Positions 49,183-60,450 of a stretch of DNA of 64,000 nucleotides are shown in pieces (the first letter of the stretch is position 1; every line of letters starts with the position of its first letter). Made by a program: the position numbers and the translations under genes. The notes under the pieces are model-generated. The model was not told where the DNA came from and did not search any database. It saw only the letters and a program-made list of their open reading frames with translations. The stretch spans positions 128,001 to 192,000 of the forward strand of contig CAXXFK010000042.1 of the NCBI GenBank assembly GCA_963663965.2, given 5' to 3'. Source of the stretch: Sedimentisphaerales bacterium. GTDB lineage: Bacteria; Planctomycetota; Phycisphaerae; Sedimentisphaerales; SM23-30.

Positions 49183-50772
49183 ATGATATACCCATTTTTA
49201 TTAGCCGACATCAACGGAACATGCCTCTTTATCGGAGGTGTTGTTGGTTTGGTCGCCGGAGCCGGATTGACTTTTCTTGTCCTTAATGTTACTGGTAAGT
49301 CCAAAATTAAACTGGCTCAAGTACAAGCTGAGGAAATAATCAAAGACGCGAAAACCAATGCAGAAAATATTGTCAAAACCGCTCAACTGGAAGCCAAAGC
49401 TGAATTTATCCAGAAAAAAGAAGAGTTCGAAAAAGAAAACGCCAAGGTTCGGGATGAATTAAGAGAGGTGGAACGCCATTTAAGTAAACGGGAAGATTCT
49501 GTTGACCGTAAATGGGAGAGTCTGTCCGTTAAAGAGCAGGGTCTGGAAAAACGCGAAAAGAAAATCGGCCAGAAAGAACAGGAAATCCAGAATAAGGAAG
49601 AACAGCTTTCCAACACACTTTCTGAACAACGCCAGCAACTTCTTAGAATTTCCGGGGTTACTGCCGATGAAGCCAAAGAGATGTTGCTGAAACGCATCGA
49701 AAACGAGGTTACCGGCGAGGCATCCAATATGATCGAACAGGTGATAACCCGCGCCCGTGAAGAAGCGACCACCCGAAGCCGTGAAATTACCATTAATGCG
49801 ATTCAGCGATATGCTGCGGTTCATACCTGCGATAACACCGTATCGACGGTCGATATCCCCAGTGATGATATGAAAGGCCGCGTTATCGGACGCGAAGGCC
49901 GCAACATCCGTTCATTTGAAAAGGCAACCGGTGTCGATGTTATTATCGACGATACTCCGGGTGTGGTAGTGGTATCCGCTTTCGATCCGGTACGGCGTGA
50001 AGTCGCCAGGCAGAGTCTCGAGCGTCTGATACAGGATGGACGCATACACCCGGCTCGTATCGAAGAAATTGTGGATGAAACCCGCAAGGAGATGGATAAC
50101 CAGTTGTTTGAAATCGGCAAGCGAACAGTTCTTGAGGTCAATTTGAATGGTCTGCCCAATAAGCTAATGCCCTATTTAGGGCGTTTGAATTATCGTACCA
50201 GCTATGGCCAGAATGTTCTGCGTCACAGTGTTGAAGTGGCGTTTCTCGCCCAGGCCATGGCGGAAGAACTGGGGCTCGATGGTACGCTGGCGCGTCGATG
50301 CGGGCTCCTGCATGATATTGGCAAAGCGGTTGACCATGAGATCGAAGGGGGCCATCCTGAAATTGGCGCTGATTTAATGCGGAAATTCAAAGAAAGTGAA
50401 ATTGTCATTAATTCGATTGCCGGGCATCACAGCGATATCCCGGCGACCTCTCCCTATACGCCATTGATCGCCGCGGCTGATGCGATGAGCGCGTCCCGTC
50501 CCGGCGCCCGGCGTGAAACGCTTGAACGGTATATCAAACGTCTGGAGAACCTCGAAAAACTGGCCACCGATTTCAGCGGTGTCCGTCAGGCGTATGCGAT
50601 TCAGGCGGGACGGGAAATTCGGGTTATCGTCGATCCGGAAGAAGTGGATGACAATTCTGCCTGGAAGACCGCCCATGATATTGCCAAGAAAGTGGAAGAC
50701 GAACTGACCTATCCCGGCGAAGTCAAAGTGACTCTATTGCGTGAAGTACGGTGCATCGAATACGCGCGATAA
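49183..50772 (+). CDS. rny: Ribonuclease Y
   Basis: N-terminal TM, coiled coil, KH domain ([13 protein letters not shown]), HD domain (LLHDIGK) and YPGEVKVT. Confidence 0.98.
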   Translation: MIYPFLLADINGTCLFIGGVVGLVAGAGLTFLVLNVTGKSKIKLAQVQAEEIIKDAKTNAENIVKTAQLEAKAEFIQKKEEFEKENAKVRDELREVERHLSKREDSVDRKWESLSVKEQGLEKREKKIGQKEQEIQNKEEQLSNTLSEQRQQLLRISGVTADEAKEMLLKRIENEVTGEASNMIEQVITRAREEATTRSREITINAIQRYAAVHTCDNTVSTVDIPSDDMKGRVIGREGRNIRSFEKATGVDVIIDDTPGVVVVSAFDPVRREVARQSLERLIQDGRIHPARIEEIVDETRKEMDNQLFEIGKRTVLEVNLNGLPNKLMPYLGRLNYRTSYGQNVLRHSVEVAFLAQAMAEELGLDGTLARRCGLLHDIGKAVDHEIEGGHPEIGADLMRKFKESEIVINSIAGHHSDIPATSPYTPLIAAADAMSASRPGARRETLERYIKRLENLEKLATDFSGVRQAYAIQAGREIRVIVDPEEVDDNSAWKTAHDIAKKVEDELTYPGEVKVTLLREVRCIEYAR

Positions 50773-50814
50773 TGCCGGTATTGCCCGTTTGGCCGGGCTG
50801 GAAATGAGTGTTCA

Positions 50815-51672
50815 ATGATCATTAAAATTCTGTGCCTGGGCGATCTGGTAGGTCGCCCGGGACGTTATGTTCTGTCCGAAAAACTGGAGACGCTGGTCAA
50901 AGATCGGCAGATCGACTGTGTCGTCGCCAATGTCGAAAATGCCGCCGGCGGCTCAGGACTCACCGAAAGAATCTACCAGAAGCTGCTTCGCTACGGTGTC
51001 AATCTCATGACGCTGGGCGATCACGTCTACCGGAAGCGCGAAATCATCGATACGTTGCAGAATTCGGACTGCATTGTCAGACCGGCCAATCTCTCCGCCC
51101 CGGCCGCCGGACGGGAATATGCCATTTATAAAACCGCCAGCGGTCATCAGGTTGCCGTGGTATCCTTATTGGGCCGGATGTACATGCAGATGCAATCGGA
51201 TAATCCCTTTCATGCCGCCGACCGTATCCTGCGTAAAATCCCTGATGATATCAAACTGATTGTGGTTGATATGCACGCCGAAGCCACCAGCGAAAAAGTG
51301 GCGATGGGCCGTTATCTTGACGGCCGCGTCTCGCTGGTCTTTGGCACCCATACCCATGTCCAGACCGCCGATGAAAGCATCCTGCCCCACGGCACCGGAT
51401 ATATCACCGATCTGGGGATGACCGGCCCGCACGATTCAGTCCTTGGGCGCAATGTCGAGCCCGTGCTGAAAAGCCTGGTGACCCAGATGCCCTTTCCTTA
51501 CAGCATCGCTTCCGGCGATCTGAGAATGAATGGCATTATCGCTTCTGTGGATTCTATTTCCGGTAAAACCACCGCCATTGAACGCATCCGCATCGAATGC
51601 GATTATGACAACGGCCCGGTAGTCGATCAGGATGACGGCCGCGGTACCGGTGGAGATAATCACTTGCCTTGA
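50815..51672 (+). CDS. ymdB: YmdB-like metallophosphoesterase (TIGR00282 family)
   Basis: GDLVGRPG, NVENAAGG, DMHAEATSEK, GTHTHVQTAD and TDLGMTG; follows rny. Confidence 0.93.
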   Translation: MIIKILCLGDLVGRPGRYVLSEKLETLVKDRQIDCVVANVENAAGGSGLTERIYQKLLRYGVNLMTLGDHVYRKREIIDTLQNSDCIVRPANLSAPAAGREYAIYKTASGHQVAVVSLLGRMYMQMQSDNPFHAADRILRKIPDDIKLIVVDMHAEATSEKVAMGRYLDGRVSLVFGTHTHVQTADESILPHGTGYITDLGMTGPHDSVLGRNVEPVLKSLVTQMPFPYSIASGDLRMNGIIASVDSISGKTTAIERIRIECDYDNGPVVDQDDGRGTGGDNHLP

Positions 51673-51817
51673 TTGAATGAACTCGAATTTTCAGTTTTTG
51701 AAAACCGGTTTCTGGTTTTGATGGGCACGCTGAAGGGTGTTCTTGACATTTGAATGCCAATCTTGTATCTCATGTTTTGTTTCCGTTGTGGTCAATGATT
51801 TGCATATGAGATCTGTT

Positions 51818-53362
51818 ATGAATCGCAGAGAATTTCATAAAACCGTCCTGGCCGCCTCTTTTTTGCCTGTCATATCGTGTCGCTGTCAATCGGACTCTCC
51901 GTTAACTGCTTTGCCCAATATCGTAATCTTGCTGGCGGATGATATGGGTTACGGTGATTTGGCCTGCCAGAACGCTGAATCCAAAATACCCACTCCCAAT
52001 CTGGACGCTTTAGCTCAGTCGGGAATGCGATTTACTGACGCTCATTCCAGTTCCGGCGTATGCTCTCCCACTCGTTATTCCCTGTTGACAGGTCGCTATC
52101 ACTGGCGTGGCAAACTGAAGACTGGAATTGTCAATGCCTTTGGTGATTCCGTTATCGAACCGGATCGAATTACCCTGCCTGAAATGCTTCGGCAAAAGGG
52201 GTATAATACAGCGTGTATCGGTAAATGGCATCTGGGCTGGAACTGGCGTGCCATCATGAAATCTGATGTTAGTCCGGTTCGACAGGGTGGCAAGACCTTT
52301 TATCTGCCGGATGCTTTTGACTGGTCCCAACGGATTCCGGATGGCCCGATCGATCATGGTTTCGATTATTATTTCGGTGATGATGTCCCCAATTTTCCAC
52401 CTTATACCTGGATTGAAAATGACCGGGTGGTGATAGCCCCTTCCTTGCCTTTAAAGGAAGCTCCTCCAACCCGTGAAGGCAGTTGGGAGACCCGGCCCGG
52501 TCCCATGTCCGAAGGCTGGCGACTCGATGCCGTTATGCCCAAACTGACTGAAAAAGCGGTCGAATGGATTGGGCAACAGACGAACGGCGGCAAACCATTC
52601 TTACTTTATTTCCCTTGGACCTCGCCCCACGCGCCGATCGTTCCAGCACCGGAGTTTCAGGGTAAAACCAAAGCCGGTGGCTACGGTGATTATATGTACC
52701 AGAGCGACTGGTCTGCCGGTCAGATCCTCAAGGCCTTGCAGGATAACGGTCTGGCTGATAATACCCTTGTCATTTTTACCAGTGACAATGGTCCGGAACA
52801 TTATGCTTACGATCGTTACCAGAATTTCGATCATGCCAGCATGGATTCCCTGCGCGGCCTCAAACGTGATCTCTGGGAAGGGGGGCATCGGGTTCCATTT
52901 ATCGTCCGATGGCCCGGCCGCGTCCGTCCCGGTTCCATCTCTGATGAAACAATATGCGTGACTGATCTGATGGCCACGCTTGCGGATATTGTTGGTTACT
53001 CACTGGATAACCAGACCGCCGAAGACAGTTACAGTTTCCTGCCGGTATTTTTGGAAAAGTCTTCTGGCCCACCTATCCGAGAGGCGACTGTTCACCATGC
53101 TCCCAATGGCCAATTTGCAATCCGGCAGGGTGACTGGGTGTATATCGACTGGAAAAACGGTAATGTGACCAGGGTTCCTGACTGGTTCGATCAGGAAAAA
53201 GGCTACTCCAAAACCGAGGCTCCCGGTTTGCTCTACAATCTCAAGAACGATCTTTCTGAATACCAAAATTTATATCATGAGCAACCTGAAATAGCCGCCA
53301 GGTTGAAGAATTTACTTGAAAAGTACCGGAGCCAGAGTCGTAGTATACCCCTGCGCGATTAG
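51818..53362 (+). CDS. Tat-exported arylsulfatase (formylglycine-dependent)
   Basis: MNRREF signal; NIVILLADDMG, CSPTR, GKWHLG and SDNG. Confidence 0.93.
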   Translation: MNRREFHKTVLAASFLPVISCRCQSDSPLTALPNIVILLADDMGYGDLACQNAESKIPTPNLDALAQSGMRFTDAHSSSGVCSPTRYSLLTGRYHWRGKLKTGIVNAFGDSVIEPDRITLPEMLRQKGYNTACIGKWHLGWNWRAIMKSDVSPVRQGGKTFYLPDAFDWSQRIPDGPIDHGFDYYFGDDVPNFPPYTWIENDRVVIAPSLPLKEAPPTREGSWETRPGPMSEGWRLDAVMPKLTEKAVEWIGQQTNGGKPFLLYFPWTSPHAPIVPAPEFQGKTKAGGYGDYMYQSDWSAGQILKALQDNGLADNTLVIFTSDNGPEHYAYDRYQNFDHASMDSLRGLKRDLWEGGHRVPFIVRWPGRVRPGSISDETICVTDLMATLADIVGYSLDNQTAEDSYSFLPVFLEKSSGPPIREATVHHAPNGQFAIRQGDWVYIDWKNGNVTRVPDWFDQEKGYSKTEAPGLLYNLKNDLSEYQNLYHEQPEIAARLKNLLEKYRSQSRSIPLRD

Positions 53363-53584
53363 TTTGCTATCAGTAGAATCTTTCGTTATCAAACAACTCG
53401 CCATATTCCAATACAACGGAAATATTCCAAATCCGGCGGGACCCCGGCTTTGCCTGTTTCGATATCTTTTACCTGTCATTCTATTTTTCGTGACAAAATT
53501 CACCCGTTTATGTAATATACTATTGTCTCGGATGACATTATAGGTAAAAGCTCGTTAAAAATGAGGTATGTAAGGAGTTACATA

Positions 53585-54679
53585 ATGATCAAGTTCCGTT
53601 GTAATTGTGAAAAAAAGATCGGTGTTCCGGATGAATACGCTGGCAAAAAAGTCAGATGCCCGGCCTGTGGCACAACATCCATTGTTCCATTTGCGGCCGA
53701 ACCAAAAATCATCGAGCCGGCCCCGGCCAAACCCCGGCCAGATACTTACTCACTGTCCAATGACGATGATCGCAGTTCCATCTGGTCAGACGATCTTTTG
53801 GAACAGACCCAGCCGGTTGCCGATATCGAAAAAAATACCTGTCCAGAATGTGGCTTTAAAGTCAGCGCCAACCGTGACACCTGCCCCAGTTGTCACTATT
53901 CCTTTGTTCCCGATGTCTCAACGGTCGTACCGGTCAATGCTCCGCGTGGCGTATCCCCATTTAAACGGTTTGTAGCCGATACGCTCAAAGTGCTGTCTCC
54001 CATTGGCTCTGTTGGTGATATCTTAACCCTGGCCATTGCTACAGCAATTTATTTATTGCCCATTCTATTACGCTATTCATCCATTTACGGGCTTTATGGC
54101 AGTTTTATCATTCAAGGTTACTTTTGCACTTATATGTTTCATATCATGTTGGAGACTGCTAACGGCGAGATGAGATTGCCCAATTTGCCATTTTCCGAGA
54201 TCGAAGAAATCCGAGAACCTTTTTTCCGGTTCTTTGTCAGTTTTGTCTACGCCTGCCTGCCTATCACTCTGGCATTATTTGGCGTGTTTTACTGGCTCAA
54301 TGATATGGAAGAAATCTCAGATATAATCGACCGGGCTGTCGAATTTGGCGTCCCGATCGGTTTATTTTTCTGGCCTATGACTGCGTTGACTTTTGCTCTC
54401 GGCGAAACGGTCCTGGTTCGTCCCGACAAAGTAGTCCTGTCCATTATACGGACAATTGGGCCATATCTGGTTTGTTGCATTATTCTCTACCTGGCTTATT
54501 ATCTTAGTTTTGTTGCCGTCGGGCAATTGTCTGGATTGCTGCTGGGTGATGAGCCATCCATAGAAAATATCATTGCTATTAATATTCTGTTCAGTATTGC
54601 CGGCCTGCTCTCGCAAATCTGTGCCATGCGTATCATCGGTGTTTTTTATAAACACTACAAAGATCATATTGACTGGTAG
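53585..54679 (+). CDS. Zinc-ribbon-containing polytopic membrane protein
   Basis: C.C...CPAC and CPEC...CPSC ribbons followed by about six TM segments. Confidence 0.7.
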   Translation: MIKFRCNCEKKIGVPDEYAGKKVRCPACGTTSIVPFAAEPKIIEPAPAKPRPDTYSLSNDDDRSSIWSDDLLEQTQPVADIEKNTCPECGFKVSANRDTCPSCHYSFVPDVSTVVPVNAPRGVSPFKRFVADTLKVLSPIGSVGDILTLAIATAIYLLPILLRYSSIYGLYGSFIIQGYFCTYMFHIMLETANGEMRLPNLPFSEIEEIREPFFRFFVSFVYACLPITLALFGVFYWLNDMEEISDIIDRAVEFGVPIGLFFWPMTALTFALGETVLVRPDKVVLSIIRTIGPYLVCCIILYLAYYLSFVAVGQLSGLLLGDEPSIENIIAINILFSIAGLLSQICAMRIIGVFYKHYKDHIDW

Positions 54680-54763
54680 GCGATATCGTTCCTTACCAGA
54701 TAGTTATATTGAACGTTCTTTGGAGCCAGAAATATCAGGACTCCTTATTATCAGGATAAATCA

Positions 54764-56192
54764 TTGAAACCAATCAACAAAACCAAGATCGTTGCGACAC
54801 TGGGGCCCGGCCACCTCAACGGTCGATGCCATCGAACGCCTGATCGCCGAAGGGGTCGATATCTTTCGGATGAACTTCTCCCATGGTACCTTTGACAATC
54901 ACGGCGCTTTACTGGATGCCATCCGAACCGCTCAAAACCGTGCCGGGCGGGTCACTGCCATTATGGGCGATCTCTGCGGCCCCAAAATCCGCACCAGTCC
55001 CATCGAGTCCGGTCCCGAAATCCAGCCCGGTCAGCGTGTCACGATCCTTCGTGGCGACACCCCAGGTACCACGCAGCGTTTCGGTTCCAATTACGAAGCA
55101 TTGGTTGACGAACTGGCGGTTGGCCATCGCGTTTTTATTGACGATGGCCAGATCCAGCTCCATGTCGTCGAATCCCGTCCCGACGAAATTATCTGCGAGG
55201 TGATCCACGGTGGTCTTATCAAAAGCCGCAAAGGGATTAACCTGCCCGATACCAATCTCTCCACCTCTTCCATTACCGAACGGGACTGGTCTTTTGTTGA
55301 CTGGGCCATTGAACATCAACTCGATTTTCTGGCGCTCAGTTTTGTCCGTTCGGCTGACGATGTCCGCCGCCTCAAAACCTACCTTGCCGGTAAACAGGCT
55401 TCCATTCAGGTTGTCGCCAAAATCGAAACCCCACAAGCTATTGCCGATCTGGAAAACATCGTGCGTGAGTCCGATGCCATCCTGGTCGCCCGCGGCGATC
55501 TTGGGGTTGAAATGGACCTGGCCGAAGTTCCCATCCTGCAAAAGCGCATGACCCATCTATGCCGCTCCCTCAACAAGCCCGTTATCGTCGCCACCCAGAT
55601 GCTCCAGAGTATGATCGAATCACCCATGGCCACCCGCGCCGAGGTCTCCGATGTGGCCAACGCCATCATGGACTATACCGACGCCATCATGCTCTCCGGC
55701 GAAACCGCTGTCGGCCAGTTCCCGGTTGAAGCAGTCCGGACCATGGGCCGCATCGCCCGCATCACCGAATCCTGGATGGATGCCGAACCCTACATTGCGC
55801 CACCCCGTCTTGAAGTTCGTTCACAACTTGAAGTGGCCGAGTCTTTTATTATTGCCGCCGGCCGCATCGTCGAGCAGGCCCGGGCCGGCTTACTGGCCAT
55901 CTGGGATGAAGAAGGGACCCGGGCGCCTCTTATCAGCAAAGCCCGCATCGATACCCCGGCGCTGGCTTTCTGTTCCGAACCGCGGATTGCGGCCCGGCTG
56001 GCCATGTCTTATGGGATTGTACCACTGATCGCCTCCCGGCCCGATTCCATCCAGTCCTTCATCGAGATCATCGAAGCAACCGCCCTGGCCAATCAATGGG
56101 CCCATCGCGGCGATCGGATCGTCATCATTGCCTCTCACGCACCCGATCTCATCGGCAACTCCGAAGGTATTTTTCTCCATCACATCGATTAA
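54764..56192 (+). CDS. pyk: Pyruvate kinase (frameshift near 54805)
   Basis: TTG 54764 gives [14 protein letters not shown], then a +1 shift into [28 protein letters not shown] and MLSGETA. Confidence 0.93.
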
Positions 56193-56211
56193 GTTTAACG
56201 CATTAAGTAAG

Positions 56212-57439
56212 TTAACCTTTGATATCATAAGCCATCAGCGCATCTCCGTGCCGAATATACAAAACGCCGTTGGCAATCGTCGGATGCGCCCAGTGCTCAT
56301 TAGTCCCGGCGGTGATCTGAAACTGGCTGATCAGCTTGAATGAATCTTTGCCGGGTTGTACCAGATACATCGTTCCATCCTGGCCATACACATACAGCAT
56401 GCCATCCGCCGCCTCCACAATCCCCTGTTTGGTAACCGGTGCGTTCCAGAGCGGTTTGCCGGTCTTCCAGTCCAGGCATACCAAACCCCGGTTCCCGCTC
56501 TGCGCCGTTCCGTAGATACACCCATCCAGCAGCACCGTTCCCTGCATCTGACAATCCAGTGTCTTGTCGGTCCATTTCGGAGTCTCTCCCGTGCCGTCAC
56601 CCGCCAGCGCCAGCATTGCGCCGCCGGTACCCATACCGGATGAAATATACACCATCCCATCATTATAGAGCGGTGGATTGGGCTGAACCCCGGCCCGATG
56701 TGGATATTCATGCTGCCAGACTACCTTGCCGGTTCCTGCATCCACCCCGACCGCTTCATTAGCCAGCATGGTTAAAATTACCTTCTGTCCTTTATTCTCC
56801 ACAACTCGCGCCGAACAATAGCCGGTCGCTTGTCCCAATCCCCGGCTCTGCCAGATCGTCTCACCGGTGTTGCGGTCCAGCGCCACCAGCGACGCGTCCG
56901 GTCCGCCCGGCGTACAGATAACCTGTTTCCCATCCACCAGCACCGACTCGGCAAAACCAAAGCGCGCCTGTTGCGCGCCAAAACGCTCGATCAAATCCAC
57001 TGTCTTAATCGCCTCATGGGTTTTCGTATCGATGATTACCAGCTTGGCAAATCCCGTCATTACGTATATCCTATCCCGGTCCACTGTTGGTGTGCCCCGG
57101 GTTCCTGCCACCGATGGCCCGCGCTTGGCCAGTTCCGGTCCATAGCCCAGTTTCCATTTCAGTGTGCCATCCACTCCATAGGCATACAGAAAACCCTGTT
57201 GCTCACCATCCATTCCCGTCACATAGACGGTTCCATCCGCTACCACTGCTGAGGAATACCCATCACCCAATCCCGTCTTGCACCAAAGCGGCTTGAGCCC
57301 ATCCGCCGGCCATTGTTTTAACAATCCGGTTTCCGTAAAGATCCCATCACCGGCCTGTCCCGAAACGAGGACAATCAGCGCTCCAAACCCAAACACATAT
57401 TGCCAGTAAAACCACAACTGTCAGAATAGCCCGTTTCAT
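56212..57439 (-). CDS. PQQ-like beta-propeller (BamB-like) secreted protein, frameshift near 57360
   Basis: ATG 57439 gives MKRAILTVVVLLAICVWVWSADCPRF, then shifts into the long ORF with repeated (L)D..TG...W blades. Confidence 0.8.
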
Positions 57440-57709
57440 AGCCGTTTTCCTTATGTAATGAGCCACTATTGGTCAATGCACGGAGAAAAATCGCTCTCAT
57501 ACACACTGATCTATCATAATCCCGTAAATGTCTGACGACCACTAATTTTCTGAAATACCCGTAATTCGGATATTAGACTTTATGTTGGCTATTTAAATAT
57601 AAAATCAGATTTTTTGTCTTTTTGATTGCAACTGCTAGTCGGTTCTTTCCTGTTTAATTGGCGGTTTCAGCTGATTTCAAATTACGGCCTGTTTGTTCAA
57701 GAGTATCTC

Positions 57710-59081
57710 TTAAATTTTCCAGGGCGCTCTCAGCGGCCGGTCAAGCCGCTCGGTTGCCTCTGCGTCATTGATGATCGTCTCGGTTTTTGGATTCCATTCG
57801 ATCTTGCGTTTCAACCGGATCGCGATATCGCTCAGATGCGAGATCAAGTCCGAGTTGACCGCCGATTCAATGGAATTAATCGTCGGCTGCCGGTTTAAAA
57901 TACCATCCACAAAATTACCCTGCTGACTCACGCTCACATACAACGGCGTATCGTTTGGTTTCAGCTTGGTCCGCAGCATTTCCGGATCGGAAAAATGCAA
58001 CCCGGCCCGGTCCACGCTCACCCAGCCTTCCGTCCCGAAAAAGGTGGTTCCATGATCATGGAAATTCCGATATGTCACTACCGGCTGCGCTGTGAGCGTA
58101 TCCATGAAACGCATTTTAACGCCATTGGCATAACGGCAGTGGACATCCCATTCCGCGATGGTGTCGAACAGACCACCTGTGGGAATAGTTCCGGTCCCTT
58201 CGTAGGAAACCGGCGCGCTGTCATCGCTGTTGTTGCCCCATTGCGCGATATCGAGCGGATGCGCGCCCCAGCCGGCGATAAATCCCAGCGCGTTGTCGTA
58301 CACGTGATACGTACCCCAGCAGGTACAGCGCGGCTCGCAGTAAGGCGACTTCGGCGCCGGCCCCAGCCACATCTCATAATCCAGATCCTCAGGCACCGGC
58401 AGCGGGGCGGTCTTGTTATGGAACTGGTCAAAGACGGCTTTATAGTTGCCCGGCGCCCGCATTCCCGAACACCACGCCTCGATTCGCTGCAACTCTCCGA
58501 TATACCCGTTGCGTACCAGTTCACAGGCAAACCGGAAATTCTGACTCGAACGCTGCTGGGTGCCGTATTGAAAGACCGCCTTTTTTTTATTGATCAACTC
58601 ACGCAGCTTCCATGCCCAGCGCATCGCCACTCCCAGCGGCTTTTCGATATAGACATCCTTGCCCGCCGCCACCGCGTACATCCCCAGCGGCACATGCCAG
58701 TGATCCGGCGTCGCGATCACCACTCCGTCAATCTCCTTATCCGCCAGCAGTTCCCGAAAATCCCCATAGGTCTTCACCCCTTTCCAGTCCGGTTTACCGG
58801 CCAGATCGGCGTAGCGATCCTCAATCGTTTTAGCTGCCTGGGCCCGCCGACTGGCAAAACAATCGCAAAACCGCCACCGATCGCGCATTCTTCAAATTCA
58901 AACAGTTCCGCAGCAACCCGCTGCCCTGACCGCCCACCCCGATATGGCCCAGTACCGCCCGCTCACTGGGCGGTGGTGTCTCAGTGCTGCCCAGGACCGA
59001 AGCGGGTACAATTGCAGGGGCAGCGACAGCCAGGGCGGAAAACTTCAAAAAATCTCTGCGTTTTAATGTGCTGTTAATCAT
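57710..59081 (-). CDS. Tat-exported Gfo/Idh/MocA oxidoreductase, frameshift near 58870
   Basis: ORF 58830-59081 (KRRDFLK, GVGGQG) joins 57710-58888 (IATPDHWH, YIEKP, GTQQRS) at a T run. Confidence 0.85.
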
Positions 59082-59234
59082 GGGAGTCTCCGGATTGGAT
59101 GAGAATGGGTTGTTTGCATGGCTTATGATAGATTGTTGGTTGTGGTTTCAATTTCGTGGCGTTCCAACTGTCAGGAGGTGAGATCACAAGATTTTTCATA
59201 ACGGATATCCTGAGGCATGATCGACAGGATCAAC

Positions 59235-60061
59235 TCAATTCAGCAGCTGTTTCAAATGAGAAAAGCTGGCAATCGCCTGCTCGACCGTGCCGCACTCAAC
59301 ACTGAAAACAATATCCCGGGATGATTGACGACAGATGTTAATGGTTTTTTGCCAGTCAATGACTCCCTCTCCACAGGCACAACCAACCGGTGTCCCGGTC
59401 ACTTTTCCCCGTTCGGAGTCGGATTGTTGCATCGTAATGTCTTTGGCATGAAGGTGGATGAGCCTGTCGAGAACATGTTCCAGCCAGACATAGGGATCCT
59501 GGCCTCCCAGATAGCCATTGCCGGTATCGAAATTGATACCAATAGCAGGAGAATCGACCAGACTGTAAATCCGGTCGAGGCCATCCGGTGTTTTGCTGTA
59601 CTGTTGGTGTGGTTCCAGTCCGATTCGTATCCGCGCGCTTCGGCGACGACCGCCGCTTCCTGCAGCACGTAACGCATCAGCACATGATCTTCTGCAGAGG
59701 TGGTCCAGCCCGGTTTGGGGCCTTCGTCGGTATTGACAACCGGAGCGCCGCATTCCGCCGCGAAACGAACAGCCTGCTTGAGATATTCACAACTGATCTC
59801 CGGTTTGCATAATGGACAATGAGAACTGAGCCCGGATAATTTGACCCCGGCTTTCTCACAGGCGCGTTTGACGCGGTACGGATCGTCCAGCATGGAAACG
59901 CTGTGAAAATAACCCGCTTCGCTCAGCAATTCACGACCCCAGTGGACCATCGGCTCAACATATTCATAGCCGATTTCCGCCGCTTTTTCCACACCCCATT
60001 CGAAGGGCCTGTCCTCATGTCTGACAAATTCCAGGTTGATTCCGATTTTGATCTGTCCCAT
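59235..60061 (-). CDS. Sugar phosphate isomerase/epimerase (xylose-isomerase-like TIM barrel), frameshift near 59630
   Basis: IGYEYVE...; after the shift IGLEPH, NFDTGN, HLHAKD, GEGVIDW and SVE. Confidence 0.85.
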
Positions 60062-60381
60062 TTTTGGCTCCATTCATGATAATATGACACTTTTGATGGC
60101 GCTTGTTATCAGGTATTCATTTTAGATGAGTATTTAACCAGAATGCAAATCATTTTTTTGCTACCAGATATTACCGTTTCATCTGCTGCGGAATTTCGAT
60201 CAAATTATCATGGCGTCTGATTATATTTATTTCAAACTATTCCATCAATTTGCAGACTTAGAATTTCAGATTACATAAAATTCCAAACGAAGCCAGTGAT
60301 GTATCATAACGTTTGGATTCCGGCCCGATCTTCCATCAAGACGGGTGCTGCTAAACGAACCGAATGGATCCTCAGATGAAT

Positions 60382-60415
60382 AAAAAAAGGCATTTACCCA
60401 TAAGAGTAAATGCCT
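60382..60415 (-). terminator. Rho-independent terminator after the large Ig-repeat gene
   Basis: aggcatttac / gtaaatgcct 10-bp stem followed by T7 on the minus strand. Confidence 0.75.
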
Positions 60416-60450
60416 GTTATCTATGAAGATATAGATTTTTAGCGGATAGA

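Noticed and set aside
54764..56192. pyk and other split genes as true pseudogenes or programmed frameshifts
   Set aside because: Single indels with otherwise intact frames and no obvious slippery-site structure; sequencing error is the simpler explanation.
57995..59077. 360-aa plus-strand ORF
   Set aside because: Antisense shadow of the Gfo/Idh/MocA gene with no domain features.
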